64,000 bases of DNA from the NCBI RefSeq assembly GCF_022045235.1, contig NW_027266264.1, positions 46,624,001 through 46,688,000 on the forward strand, read 5' to 3'. Positions 37,059 through 49,808 of the stretch are shown in pieces (position 1 is the stretch's first letter; each line of letters begins with the position of its first letter). The notes below the pieces were generated by a model that saw only the letters and a program-made list of their open reading frames with translations, was not told the DNA's origin and made no database searches. The stretch is from Haliotis cracherodii. Taxonomy: Eukaryota. A program made the position numbers and the translations under genes.

Positions 37059-37937
37059 TTATTGCTCAACTAACACATCTTCGCTACTTGCCAATGCTTG
37101 TAGTTGCATCTCTGTGGCCAAGTTTCGAATCTTTTCTGCAATTTTAGCATTGTTTTTCTCTCTCCACATGATTACTTTATAGCTGAAATACAACAAAGTT
37201 GCAACGTTTACAAAAAAGCAAGCAAAAGCCAAACAGCTGTCCAACACCTCCATTGCCTTTCCAAGGTCGTTGAGTGAGAGCCAGGTGTCTTTGTGGCTGG
37301 GTACTAAAGAACTGTTCATTATCAAACTGGGAATGATCACCAGTGGGTTTTTCCCACTGGACACCGAGTCCACAACAGTGGAAAAAATCTTCTGTAGGTC
37401 CTTGATACTGCTGATGAGTATCCATGCGGGCAGAATAGTCAGAAACACATCCTCCACAGCTCGCCATACCTTGCTACCACAACACAGCAGTAGGAAGGAA
37501 CTCCCTGTACGTAGTGGTTCCTCGGGCTCCAGAATCAAGTCAGTGAAGGCACACAAGGTCGGTTTAGATAATGTTACAAGGCTGGTGTCTTGAGAAACTA
37601 TGTATATGTCAGAATGCTTGCCTCTTCCCAGAAACACGTCTCTTGTGTCCCTGATGGATCTGTTGTTGTAGAAATCCCGCACCAGTTTGATAGAGAAGGT
37701 GACAAGTCCTGCTACCAGCGCCAGGCTAGCTCCTACCACGCTGATGTGAGAGGACACATTAAAGTCTTTGAAGGTCCATCCTGACCCAAACAGAACAATA
37801 CCACTACCAGTTATGCCGAATATGGAGAAAATGATTCGGAGGATGTTGAGGGTCCGGTGTCTTTTCTCCAGTTTGTCGGCAATCTTGTTTAACCTGTTCT
37901 TGGATTCTTCCATCTCAGAGGCCCCTGAAATAAACAT
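37059..37937 (-). CDS. Apolipoprotein-L-like membrane protein (292-aa ORF; likely start M at 37913 after a splice acceptor at 37925)
   Basis: LNKIADKLEKRHR, then two Gly-rich hydrophobic helices, a C-terminal hydrophobic stretch and the amphipathic tail AKIAEKIRNLATEMQ. This is the ApoL-family layout, recognised by eye. Acceptor tttatttcag lies upstream of MEESKN. Confidence 0.6.
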   Translation of the reverse strand: MFISGASEMEESKNRLNKIADKLEKRHRTLNILRIIFSIFGITGSGIVLFGSGWTFKDFNVSSHISVVGASLALVAGLVTFSIKLVRDFYNNRSIRDTRDVFLGRGKHSDIYIVSQDTSLVTLSKPTLCAFTDLILEPEEPLRTGSSFLLLCCGSKVWRAVEDVFLTILPAWILISSIKDLQKIFSTVVDSVSSGKNPLVIIPSLIMNSSLVPSHKDTWLSLNDLGKAMEVLDSCLAFACFFVNVATLLYFSYKVIMWREKNNAKIAEKIRNLATEMQLQALASSEDVLVEQ

Positions 37938-38177
37938 GTTGCTATTGCAGTATTGGAAATAACTTTGTCAGGCTGACAGTATGTCTATTCTGAAGTAAAG
38001 GGCACTTGAAAACGGTAAGCTTGTCTGGAACTTTAGGAATGATGGAATTGAGGAATAAGGGGATCGTAATACTAATTCTTACGGTTTGGAATTCTTAACA
38101 TTTAGTGCTGAAATCGGGTGGCAGTTAATCCCCATTAACTACAACGTCCCAAGCAGGATTCGCGATTCTCTGAAAAC

Positions 38178-38208
<31 letters not shown>

Positions 38209-38232
38209 AACACACATGTGTAATAATGAAAG

Positions 38233-38392
38233 TGACCCCTGAAGATCTGGGGTAGAATAGGTCTTCAGCAACCCACGCTTGCTGTAAGAGGCGACTAAGG
38301 GCATCGGTCGGTCAGGCTCACTGATTTGGTTGGTGCATGTCATTGATACCAATTGCGTGGAACGATGCTCATGATGTCAATCACTGGATTGT
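38233..38392 (+). mobile_element. SINE-like repeat (family 2), 3' truncated
   Basis: Head and body only. Confidence 0.8.
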
Positions 38393-38414
38393 TGGCTTTG
38401 CTCACCAAATACAA

Positions 38415-39207
38415 TGTATTGATCAGGATGGCCATATTGTGATCGAGACTTTTTATTGAGGCAGATGGAGCCTGAGTTTTTTATTAACATAAAATTAAGC
38501 TGTTCCCTCAGCACCCCCCCCCCCCCCCCACCCCCCCAAGTAATCGTAATGGGGAGACTTAATGGTGCGTTAAATGAGTTGTCTCTAAACTCACAGACAT
38601 CACAACAAATCAACACCATGCTCTGTCACATTGTCTGCACATGTAACAGCAGTAACAACATCCAATCTGTGTCAGTAGCAGTGGATGTGCGGAATATTAT
38701 TCTGGGATAGTAAAGGTATACAATCTTAGAGGATAGTATTTTTAATGACTGAATGCCATTATGTTTTTCTTTAAACTGAACAAGAAACAAGAAGACGTGT
38801 CCATGAATATTCTACATATGAATATACATGATATGTTACTAAATACTGAAAGTTTGTTAGAAAATGAAAACTAGCACAATTTGTAAAAGAAATCCTCAAG
38901 ATGTTTAATTAAACGTATGAATGTGTTGTAGTTAAAAGTATAGGTGTCGCACGTCTGTCTCCTGCCTTGTGTCACATGTTATATCTTCACATGTACCTTC
39001 AATATGTCGTAGCTAAGACCTTGAAGCGAAATAAACGTGTTTTCGTTTGTTGTTACTGAAATCGTTACATAAAGTGTGTAACCGTGTGTTGAATGGACTT
39101 TTTTTGCTGCATGTACGACGTGCTTAGCATATGTAGTATTACACACACCTTGTGCTAATACATTACATCTGTCCATAAGTATGTTGTCATTACGGTGACA
39201 AAACAAG
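38415..39207. repeat. Duplicate of the FoxAB upstream block ~3090-3720 (includes CNE2)
   Basis: Collinear near-identity from tgtattgatcaggatg through CNE2 to catctgtccataagtatgttgtcatta; bounded on both sides by family-2 SINEs. Confidence 0.85.
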
Positions 39208-39478
39208 TGACCCGTGAAGATCCGGGGTAGAATAGGTCTTCAGCAACCCATACTTGTCGTAAAAGGCGACAATGCTTGTCGTAAGTGGCGACTAACGGCA
39301 TCGGGTGGTCAGGCTCGGTGGCTTGGTTGATGCATGTCATCGTATCCCAATTTCGTATATCGATGCTCATGATGGCAATCACTGGATTGTCTGTTCAAGG
39401 ATCGATTATTTACAGACCGCCGTCATATAGCTGGAATATTGCTGAGTGCGGCGTTAAACAACAAACAAACAAACAGAC
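39208..39478 (+). mobile_element. SINE-like repeat (family 2), full length
   Basis: Head with duplicated hairpin, (AAAC)n tail. Confidence 0.85.
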
Positions 39479-39494
39479 AATAATGACCGTTTCT

Positions 39495-39768
39495 CGTCAT
39501 ACCAAAAGACGTTAAGAGATTGTACTTGTTGTTACCCTGTCTGGCGCTCGGCATTAAGGGGCTAAAACAAGGACTGGTCGGCTCGGAGTCAGTATATTGT
39601 GTCTGAGTGGGGTATTCCTGTTAAACTGTGGCAGGGTATCTCAGTGAGCTCGCACTATAAATCGACATCAGTCCGGACTAGTACATGCACGTCGCTATAT
39701 ACATGATATAAGCGCAATAATCTTGGACGCGACGTTAAACCCCATTTCACCTCACCTCACCTCACCTC
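39495..39768 (+). mobile_element. 5'-truncated SINE (family 1)
   Basis: Core and (CACCT)n tail without the tRNA head. Confidence 0.85.
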
Positions 39769-40284
39769 AATATGCAGTCCACAGATTTGATAATGAAATG
39801 TGTGTATGAGAGAGTGAAATGTAAACTGTATACTCTGTTTTTGATTTCTACGAATCAGATACTTACACGAATGTCCTGAAGATTATCGCCCAATTGGAGA
39901 CGAAGTTGTTTACCATGCAAATACTTGTTATAAACGTTAGGTGTCCCTGCATACCTCTTGCCAACTGGGGTAAATAATGGATTCGTGGTTGTTTGTTGTG
40001 AAAGTGTGGCATTCCACTCCTTTACAGACTTGCGTTTCTTTTGACTGTCACTTTCCATTCAGTGTTATACACGCTTTACAAAACATGGCCTGGAAGGCTT
40101 TGGGAAGACATTTTATGTTTGTTAGATATGGGATACGTCATTAACCAGGGACTCGTCTACAGTAGAATTACAAAGGACGTGTCCCTTTGCAATATCTTGT
40201 CTAACATTCGTACGTTATGGATATTTACAGAACACGTGGTTATAAACACCATCTATATTTCAATAGATTGTTGTTTCATGTATC

Positions 40285-40637
40285 GGACCGCCTCCGTGGT
40301 CTAGTGGTAGAGCGTCCGCCCGGAGAGCGGAAGGTCCGGGGTTCGATCCCCGGCCGCGTCATAACAAAAGACGTTAAAAGATGGTACTTGTTGTTACCCT
40401 GTCTGGCGCTCGGCATTAAGGGGCTAAAACAAGGATTGGTCTGCTTAGAGTCAGTATACTGTGTCTGAGTGGGGTATTCCTGTTAAACTGTGGTATGGTA
40501 TCTCAGTGAGCTAGCACTATAAATCGGCATCAGTCTGGACTAGTACAAGAAGCCACACAAACACACACACGTACTTGCACGTCGCTATATAAGTGCAATA
40601 ATCTGGGCCGCGACGTTAAACCCCATTTCACCTCACC
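40285..40637 (+). mobile_element. tRNA-derived SINE (family 1), full length with TSD
   Basis: TSD tgtttcatgtatc(g) at 40272-40285 and 40638-40651. Confidence 0.9.
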
Positions 40638-41805
40638 TGTTTCATGTATCGAGTCTAGTGTTATTTGAGCCTGGTGTGGTATCAAGTCACGCGACCTGAC
40701 GGGTTGTCTTGACATGGTAGAGCACTTGACGCGATGATTAAATCGTATTCTGTAAATGTGGTATCAGTGCCATACTATCAGCATTGTCTTTCAACATGTA
40801 CTCATATTAGAACCACACACGGTGGTACAAGGGAATATGTTACATGTTATTGATGTAGTACATAAAACACATGGTATGACGGTAGACATGTAGAACTATT
40901 TCGTGCTTACAGTTTTCAGCATCAAATGTATGAATTAGATATTTATTTCAGTACCTTTCATTTCTTTGAACATTAAGTTATAAATATGTACATACAGATG
41001 TCTGAATTACTTACTAGTTCAATGCCAACTCCGTCATTTGTTACGTGAAGTTGTCTGCACTTATAGACAGCACATCGCTTCATTAGGTACATTTGTTCTG
41101 GCTTAATCGATCATCTCAGTAAAAACAACCTCAATTGCATTCACATTTAAAGCGAAGATATAAAGGTACATTGTGTAAATTGTCAGGTGTTGATTGAGTG
41201 AAGTGCACGAAAGCTGACTCGTGAGAGTGTGGGTGGGTTGACTGTGTGTGTGTGGGTGGGAGATCTCCTATGTTATTTTCACAGTAATTATCATTTCCCC
41301 GAGTTTCCGATTCTCGGGCTTAATATTATAGATATAATTACTTGTAGTATTAATGCATCTTATGTAAGGGCCTGCAGGTTCACTACATACCTGACCGTCT
41401 GCTGCATCGCTGGTTGTAATCTGCAGACGAGGTGACATCTACAGGGATTTCCGCCTTACATTAACAGCCTGCATTAATATTTTACATTAACCCGACATTG
41501 TTCTGAAAATAGTCTTTCTCAGAAACCGGTCTATCAGCCTTCAGGGCCACCATGGGTTGTGAAGGGGATCAGATAGACACGGCCCGGATCAGACGACGTT
41601 GTTTTCAGGGTTTAATCGTTCTATGCCTTTGGGACAATTGCTATTTCTGTATTCTACACCTTATATGCATGTAAGAGTGCCATAAATAGGTCCGGGTGAC
41701 TTTCCTGTAACTTGATGAAAAAGGTAATATGTATTAATCACGTCCGGAAGCATGCCTATTCACTAGAGTCACGTGATCCATATATACAACCAGTCCGCAA
41801 TTCAC

Positions 41806-41989
41806 NNNNNNNNNNNNNNNNNNNNNNNNNNNNNNNNNNNNNNNNNNNNNNNNNNNNNNNNNNNNNNNNNNNNNNNNNNNNNNNNNNNNNNNNNNNNNNN
41901 NNNNNNNNNNNNNNNNNNNNNNNNNNNNNNNNNNNNNNNNNNNNNNNNNNNNNNNNNNNNNNNNNNNNNNNNNNNNNNNNNNNNNNNNN
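41806..41989. other. Assembly gap (N run)
   Basis: Run of Ns. Confidence 1.
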
Positions 41990-42428
41990 GCAATTCCAGA
42001 CTGTCTATCCGGAATTACTCCCTCCCTTTGTTAAAATACTCATAAATCTTCTCCCAGCCTAGTCCGTCATGTATTCCAAGTATATACCTATGTACAAGCA
42101 TCAGGAATCCACGTGTACTACACGTAGGTGACTGGGGTTAATACCGAAAATATTCAACGGACACATTCTGGGGACATTCAAACACCGTCCTTCCTACACC
42201 CATATTTTTACATGCACATACATACATGTACTACTGTATATCATAAACACACGACATGGCGGTTTGCAGCATATTAACTTTAATAATGCACATAATTATC
42301 ACTAACATTCGAAACACACGGACAGTGTATGCAAAAACTAAAAAGTGCAGTGTATGTAATATTCAAAACACTAATTCCTCAAATCAATGTTAATAGCACT
42401 ATAGGTACAAGAGTCGTTGTCTTGTTAT

Positions 42429-43502
42429 TCAGGGATGTTGTTGCAGGTTTCTGAAAGAGGGTACAGCACTGAATGACTGTCGTGGATGTAGCGACACACA
42501 GTGACGGAGGTTTTCATCAATAGTGGATCTTGGGCAGCTCCCTGGACGCATGTAGGCCCTACCCAGGGGCGAGCTTCCCGGGGGAGAGCTGGAGAGAGGG
42601 GAGCCGGTCAGGGAGCTGTTCATGCTGCTGGTGTTGTAGTAGCCAGCTGTAGGAGAGTAGACTGTTGGAGATCCCATAGTCCAGACACAGGGGTCCGGTT
42701 TGCTTGTGTTGCTGTAGGGGTGTGTCTGGGTCAGTCCCTGGGGTACATGGACAAGGCTCACGGGGTTGAAACCTTGGTATGGCGATTGACGATCATAGAA
42801 ACCTGAATGGCCATAGAAATTGAGACGTTGGACGGTGGCTTCATCTTGTCGCTGTTTGTGTCCTGACTTGAAACGTTTAGAACGACGGAGGAAACTGCCG
42901 TTACCAAACATGTCCCCACAAGAAGGATGCAGAGCCCACAGGTTACCCTTGCCTGGTTTCCCCGGGGGTCGGGGCACCTTGACGAAACAGTCATTGAGGG
43001 AGAGGTTGTGTCTGATGGAGTTTTGCCATCTCCGTTGGTTGTCTTGGTAGTAAGGGAATCTCTTGACGATGTAGTTGTAGATGTCGTTGAGAGTCATCAT
43101 GCCTGTTGTGGAACTCTCGACGGCCATGGTGATGAGGGCCACATAGGAATAGGGAGGCTTCTTGTTGGAAAACTGCCTGCTTTGTTGGGAGAGAGTTGAC
43201 GTTCCTGGGACAGTGTCTAGACTTGGGTCCTCTTCCTCGTCGTTTTCGGAGCTCATTGAGGAAGATGGTGAAGGCAAGGTGTTGTGATCGCTGTCTGGAA
43301 CTCGATGCTGTTGAAGAGGCTCCCTCATGTCTCTTGGAGAGAGTTCAGGCCTGACGTCAGCTTCACGTAAAGGTACATATGACTCGACCTGGAACTTGGA
43401 CGAAGGAGGAAGTTGTGTTGCATATGGAGGTGTCATCGTCACTGCCATAGCTGGGTCGGCAACGGCATTTCCATACTGAAATGTTGCTGGATTGAACAAC
43501 AT
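42429..43502 (-). CDS. foxAB: Forkhead transcription factor, FoxAB-like (copy B), intronless, 357 aa
   Basis: Same forkhead domain. N-terminus nearly identical to copy C; the post-domain segment (SGHKQRQD) resembles copy D. Confidence 0.85.
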   Translation of the reverse strand: MLFNPATFQYGNAVADPAMAVTMTPPYATQLPPSSKFQVESYVPLREADVRPELSPRDMREPLQQHRVPDSDHNTLPSPSSSMSSENDEEEDPSLDTVPGTSTLSQQSRQFSNKKPPYSYVALITMAVESSTTGMMTLNDIYNYIVKRFPYYQDNQRRWQNSIRHNLSLNDCFVKVPRPPGKPGKGNLWALHPSCGDMFGNGSFLRRSKRFKSGHKQRQDEATVQRLNFYGHSGFYDRQSPYQGFNPVSLVHVPQGLTQTHPYSNTSKPDPCVWTMGSPTVYSPTAGYYNTSSMNSSLTGSPLSSSPPGSSPLGRAYMRPGSCPRSTIDENLRHCVSLHPRQSFSAVPSFRNLQQHP

Positions 43503-43578
43503 TTTGTTATCTCAGAAAACCCAGTATGTTATAACTGAGTAACAGTGAGACTGTATGCCTTCACATTTGTCGGCGGAG

Positions 43579-43776
43579 TATATATCCCCGTACTAATCCC
43601 CCAAGAAAACATATAATTACAAACGTGGATTTGTCCAAAAATAAATTGGATAGCTAATTGTTTATGTACAATTGATTGGACCAAAACCACATCGACCTGC
43701 TTGAGGTGTGTCTAGATAACCCAGTGGGCACTGTTACGAATTGCTATTGGCTACTGGCTCACAATAACTCCGCCTA
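43579..43776 (-). promoter_or_regulatory. FoxAB copy B core promoter
   Basis: TATATA 43579-43585, TAATCCCCC 43594-43602, CCAAT 43746-43750, GGCGGAG ~43768-43774. Confidence 0.65.
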
Positions 43777-45921
43777 CTTGTCTGCAGCGCCCCAAATGTC
43801 GACGCCTCTTTGTTCGTCGGGTTACAACACTTCCCGAGTGTATAGTTTTGGCGATGTTGTCCTTGCATGCCCATGCTTTGGTGAATAAATGAGCCTTTGT
43901 GAACTGAAAAATGTTTTCCATGTGACGTGGAGTTCTATGTATACCTCACAACAGGTTATTTTTATCTTTACTGCCATTCTTTACTTAAACGTTATAATTA
44001 GTAGTCCAACATACATGTGGCTAACACAGCTGATTAGAAATTGAACGCCTAGATAATATCTTTCGTTTTATTCTGTTCATAGCTAAATCAACACCCGCGG
44101 GATTCGCTTGACGTGCTTTAGGGTCCCTTGTCCACATGGGGTCATGTTCAAGTACTGATACCATAATCAATATTGACGTCAATTTAGTTACGGAACTAAT
44201 GGAGGGTGCACATTTGGCTGTTAAAATTATATCACTAAACTGTGTTTCTCAAGCAAAATCGAGAAATGTTTTATGTAGGGCGTCAAAGCAGAATCTGCCC
44301 AGGGAACTCAATTGATGGAAAAGATGTGCTTGCCTCTGCAGATGTAATGACATGTTAATAACCTGAATATGCATTTTCTCGTGTTGTCTCTTAGGTCATT
44401 TTAGCAGGACAACTCACCGTCTATCGTCAATAATTTAATATACACGTGTATGTATTATTGTATGTAAATGATTACAGTGTGCTGTGTGACACAGTAATAA
44501 ACTACATTCTTATGTTATTTCCATTTGCAAATATTTCTGCTTATCTAAAATAGATGATTGAACAATGAGCAACTGTGCTAGTGCAAACTGACACCATGGA
44601 GTTGGTCATTGCTTGTTCATGGTAACTAATTTTGATTTCACGTGTAGGTTATATTAAGATAGCGGGTAAACAAAATGTGTCGAATGACACCAATTAGGGA
44701 GATTTCATAGAATGTTTTGAAGCAGGGAACCACGCGCAACATAAAGTGCGACTACACAGGGGTAATTGTGACACGAGTAATCGTAGAGGGGAGACGTATG
44801 ACGCGGGTAATGGGTTGTCTTTACACTTATTTACATCACAACATTTCAACACAACACTTTGTCTGAATCGATCATCCCAGAAACAACATCTATGTCAGCA
44901 GCTTCACTTGGAGTGACACTTAATATCAAAATGGGGATATTGATGACACTTTCACTGACTGCTATACATTGTATGTGTGAACGAACAAAAAAAACTTGTC
45001 TGGTCTTTTCCTTAGATGCTCTATTACATTTATTATGATGAGTCGATATTTCTCAACTTCGAATTAACTATCTACAGTCTTCATCTGTCCCATTAGTTCG
45101 TCCTGCTCTGATGACAATGGCACAGAACACATCTTTACAAGATACATGTATGTTTGAACAGTCTCTCACATTCTTCGAGTTAAAACATGATGCAGTATAT
45201 TAAAGACTGGTCATTACCTAACATCACCTTGTTACCTTAATACCAGATCTGTGTGACTCTCTTTCATGTGACCACCCAAGAAAGGGGGTTCAAATCAGAA
45301 CAGGATTAGGATTAAAACTGACGACGACATATAGAATTCCAATTGTTTTATCAAATACAGATTATGACTGTTGTTTGTGGTAAGTACAATATTGATCCAA
45401 TTACAGTTTGCTTTGTCTTTCTAAATAAGATTTAGTTGTAACAATGCGCTGTATTCCCTTCACAGAGTGGAATACCGACACAGGCCTATCTACCTATACG
45501 GTCGTTAAGGTCTAGCATCGCGGTAAGTAAGATGGCGACAAGGACGTTCCTTCTTGGATGACGAAATTTAAATCGCTTTAACGAAATTCGAATTAAATTA
45601 CAGAAACAATCTTCCGACTTCAAAATGACCAACTAGAAGACTGATGGCCACTCACAGGTTGATGCTGGGTGTCTTTCAAGAAGAAAGCTGTACATATGTT
45701 CTTCTTGGGGTGAAACTCAGACCCTAGTGACAGCCTTGTGACCAGTAGCCGTAAACCTTTTGTTATGTTCTTATTTCCAGTGAAAACTTGAAACGGACGA
45801 AAGGCGATACACTTATTCACTCCACTAAAGCTTTAAGAAAACAACCATACACGTGGTCTGGGGATTGAAGAATTATGCGTTGGTGATAAAAAAAAAATAT
45901 ATATAGTATCACATAACCAGG

Positions 45922-45989
45922 TGGGGCGGTCGGGTTCGATTCCCGACATGGGTACAATATGCGAAGCCCATTTCCGGTGCCCCCCCCCC

Positions 45990-46020
<31 letters not shown>

Positions 46021-46080
46021 ACACACCCGGCAGGAATATTGCTAAAAGCGGCGTAAAACCATACTCACTCTCACTCACTC
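45922..46080 (+). mobile_element. Short tRNA-derived SINE (family 3), internally deleted, with poly-C/(CA)n expansion
   Basis: GGTTCGATTCCCGACATGGGTACAA body and shared tail. Confidence 0.7.
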
Positions 46081-47339
46081 ATACTTACATTTATATGAGA
46101 GGTATAAACTATATTTTAGATTCTACAATTAGTTAATTAAATTAAGTAACGTTTAGTTTCTGGATATGGTAGCTTAACTATAACGATCATATGTAGCGGA
46201 CCTGTCGTCATTAACAAACGGTCATATAGTTAAACTAGTCTTTTTCATACATTAGTTCCGGATTATTGCTGGTTCCACAATTGTCCAAACAAGAACAAGT
46301 TAATTAGGAAAAGTACAGAAACTGCAACTCAACTGTGTAAATGTAGCATGAGGTACCTTTTGTAATTGTCACCTCTTGACTACCTAGTACACAACGGCAT
46401 GACCCCACGTGCAGACTGTAAGTTAATGACGCACACATCGGGAGACATGATATTGAGAAGTATGTCAGTGCTTCACCTGATAGACATGAAAGAAGTATTT
46501 TGAGTAACACCTTCTATAAATAGACTCTGCAAGTTTTGTACCAACTGTGTTGAAGTTGAAATACACTTTCTTGTAACTTGTGATCTTTACTCAGACCTAC
46601 GTTACAAATTGTTTAATTCTATTCCTAGTTTAGACCCCTCCTTCCTATAACTTAATCCAGCGGACCAGTTTAATTATAATAAATAATGATTCACTATGTA
46701 ATACGTTTTACTAACAAAAATGTATTACTAACAAAAATGCATAGGCGTCTTTGTCACATACTCTCTTGACATCACGTCACTACTCAATTAATCCCGTTTT
46801 AATACTTTGATGTATATTTTATATGTTAACTATTGATGTAACACATATATTTGTGTCAATATATTGGTCAATGCTGTTCGGTAGATGTATTTATAATTTA
46901 TGCCATATTTGCTTTGTTACTGTTTTTATGCCGCCAGTGACACGTTAATAAAACGTTTTTCTTCTTCTTTCTTCTATCAACTTGTTGCTTCACACCACAA
47001 CCAACCCCATTCCAGCTATGTCGCTTTCACTGTCTTTACGGCGAATGCTAGACTGTTTGTGAAAAAGAAAACGTACAACTTTATGGATAACATCTTCTGG
47101 TTTACTGCTTTTAGCAACGTTTCGAGATTGATTCTTACGCTGTTATCAAGCAGGCGTCGCTATATGCAGTAAACCAGAAGTTGTTATACAGAAAATCGGA
47201 CGTTTTCTATTAGAATGAGTTGCATTTGCTTGCAAACAGTTAGAAGATCCAAATGTTTCATTACCGCCCAAAATCTATTAAAATGTCTGAAATTAACTTA
47301 GCCATTGGTTGCTGTGAGGTTGAAAGTACCAATGCATAC

Positions 47340-47800
47340 ACTATTTGGGAGTCTGATTAGATGGAAATCTGCAAAAAGGGCATCAGTCTTGTAATACTTG
47401 AATGACAATTTAGTCCAGCTTGATTTGTCCTATGGTTATCAAGCTTGGAGTAGTGGGGATATTAGCTGTATTGATGCTGTGCAGAACCCATCTCAGTAGT
47501 CTACATAGTAGTAGGCACTAACAACCCCAAATTTAGCTGTCCGTGGCACTAACATAATATTAACCAAACATGTATCATGATTAAATTGCCTTGGGATACT
47601 CTGCCACTAAAATTTAAACTTCGTAGATGTATTTGCCCCAAATTTACATTCCCAGATAAAATCTGTAAGCTTTGTAATAATAGAACAATTGACGATGAAG
47701 TACATAGTCAATCTGGCTGCATTGTTTACTCCAGTTCGAGGAGTGACTTGGTATCTCATGAATGTCGACCAAACTGTATCCTTAAAGCGGAACGATAGGC
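47340..47800 (+). mobile_element. Highly degenerate LINE remnant
   Basis: YGYQAWSSGDISCIDAVQ and ICKLCNNRTIDDEVH motifs, similar in type to 1141-1960. Confidence 0.5.
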
Positions 47801-48460
47801 TTGTAAAACCACTAGCCCCATTGTCATCCCAAATGTTTAAACGAAGAAAAGTAAATAATGCGCCACGTACACTATGAAAACTCTTTTAACCACTATATGC
47901 ATCTTGTATTATCATGTTTTAAGTACCAGCAGATCAATATCAATGTGTAGATTACGTATATGCGTTGCTGGTTTACCCATTGCCGTATTTGTATGAATTA
48001 TTTTACTGTCATACTTGCATTATATATAGTATGAGAGACACACTCATAAAATAATGTTCATCTTCTTCCTTATCACTGAGGCTAAAGGCACCGAAGAGAA
48101 TATTGAACAAAGGGATACAATGTATTAAAGATGCTGCAGTGCTCGATTCCGATGAAATTTCATTTGATTTGAAACCAATCTGCCGTACAGTGGTGATATT
48201 GAGAGACAAAAATGTAATCTATTCACTGAATATTTATTCATTTTATAATAAATATGCAAGAAAACATAATTATACAGTGTACAATACAAAACATGGTTAC
48301 AAGCGTACACCCACCTGTAAGTCATGATATATGTCCGTATTGTACAATGAAACTAAGAATAGTTTGCATGGTAATAAACGGAGCTTCATTTCACAGTTGG
48401 ACCACACTCAACAGCACTTTGGTTTTGTAGTGATGATACATCAGTACCACACCAGAATGA

Positions 48461-49552
48461 TTACATAATGTTAGTGTACTGGTTTCCCGGGGGTTGCATG
48501 GACTTAGTAGCACTGGGGAGTGACTGATGAACACTAGGGTACAAATAGTCATAGGGATTTCTAGACCTGTCAAAGCTGGAAGATGAACATTGAGGCATGT
48601 AGGTTCCAGCCAGGGACGAGCTTCCCGGGGGAGAGCTGGAGAGAGGGGAGCCGGTCAGGGAGCTGTTCATGCTGCTGGCGTTGTAGTAGCCAGCTGTAGG
48701 AGAGTAGCCTGTAGGAGATCCCATGGTCCAGATACAGGGGTCAGGCTTGCCTGTTGTGCTGTATGGGTGTGTCTGGGTTAGTCCCTGCGGTAAGGAGCCG
48801 AGACTCAGGGGGCTGAAACTTGTGTAAGGAGATGGGGCTCCATACAACCCCAATAAATGTCCGTAGGGACTGGCAGGATGGAATGAAGGATCTTCTCGAC
48901 GTTGCTTTTGTGCGGACTTGAAACGCTTAGAACGACGAAGGAAACTGCCGTTGCCGAACATGTCCCCACAAGAAGGATGCAGAGCCCACAGGTTACCCTT
49001 GCCTGGTTTCCCCGGGGGTCGGGGCACCTTGACGAAACAGTCATTGAGGGAGAGGTTGTGTCTGATGGAGTTTTGCCATCTTCGTTGGTTGTCTTCGTAG
49101 TATGGGAATCTCTTGACGATGTAGTTGTAGATGTCGTTGAGAGTCATCATGCCTGTTGTGGAACTCTCGACGGCCATGGTGATGAGAGCCACATAGGAAT
49201 AGGGAGGCTTCTTGTTGGAAAACTGCCTGCTTTGTTGGGAGAGAGTTGACGTTCCTGGGACAGTGTCTAGACTTGGGTCCTCTTCCTCATCGTTTTCGGA
49301 GCTCATTGAGGAAGATGGTGAAGGCAAGGTGTTGTGATCGCTGTCTGGAACTCGATGCTGTTGAAGAGACTCCCTCATGTCTCTTGGAGAGAGTTCAGGC
49401 CTGACGTCAGCTTCACGTAAAGGTACATATGACTCGACCTGGAACTTGGACGAAGGAGGAAGTTGTGTTGCATATGGAGATGTCATCGTCATTGCCATAG
49501 CTGGGTCGGCAACGGCATTTCCATACTGAAACGTTGCTGGATTGAACAACAT
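48461..49552 (-). CDS. foxAB: Forkhead transcription factor, FoxAB-like (copy C), intronless, 363 aa
   Basis: Same forkhead domain. N-terminus as copy B; post-domain segment ([19 protein letters not shown]) as copy A. Confidence 0.85.
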   Translation of the reverse strand: MLFNPATFQYGNAVADPAMAMTMTSPYATQLPPSSKFQVESYVPLREADVRPELSPRDMRESLQQHRVPDSDHNTLPSPSSSMSSENDEEEDPSLDTVPGTSTLSQQSRQFSNKKPPYSYVALITMAVESSTTGMMTLNDIYNYIVKRFPYYEDNQRRWQNSIRHNLSLNDCFVKVPRPPGKPGKGNLWALHPSCGDMFGNGSFLRRSKRFKSAQKQRREDPSFHPASPYGHLLGLYGAPSPYTSFSPLSLGSLPQGLTQTHPYSTTGKPDPCIWTMGSPTGYSPTAGYYNASSMNSSLTGSPLSSSPPGSSSLAGTYMPQCSSSSFDRSRNPYDYLYPSVHQSLPSATKSMQPPGNQYTNIM

Positions 49553-49628
49553 TTTGTTATCTCAGAAAACCCAGTATGTTATAACTGAGTAACAGTGAGA
49601 CTGTATGCCTTCACATTTGTCGGCGGAG

Positions 49629-49808
49629 TATATATCCCCGTACTAATCCCCCAAGAAAACATCTTACAATTCCAATTTGCTCCCCGAGAGAGAATCTATT
49701 GTTATATTGTAAATTGGACTGTACTACCCTCGGTGAATTACAGGAGGTGTGGCCAGTGTGTAATGCGCCCGGATGCTATTGGCTACTGGTAAATATAAGT
49801 CCCGCCTA
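49629..49808 (-). promoter_or_regulatory. FoxAB copy C core promoter
   Basis: TATATA 49629-49635, TAATCCCCC 49644-49652, CCAAT 49778-49782, GGCGGG 49801-49806. Confidence 0.65.

Noticed and set aside
41712-42062. ORFs spanning N runs (also 56217-56699)
   Set aside because: Artefacts of assembly gaps and the 54-bp tandem repeat.
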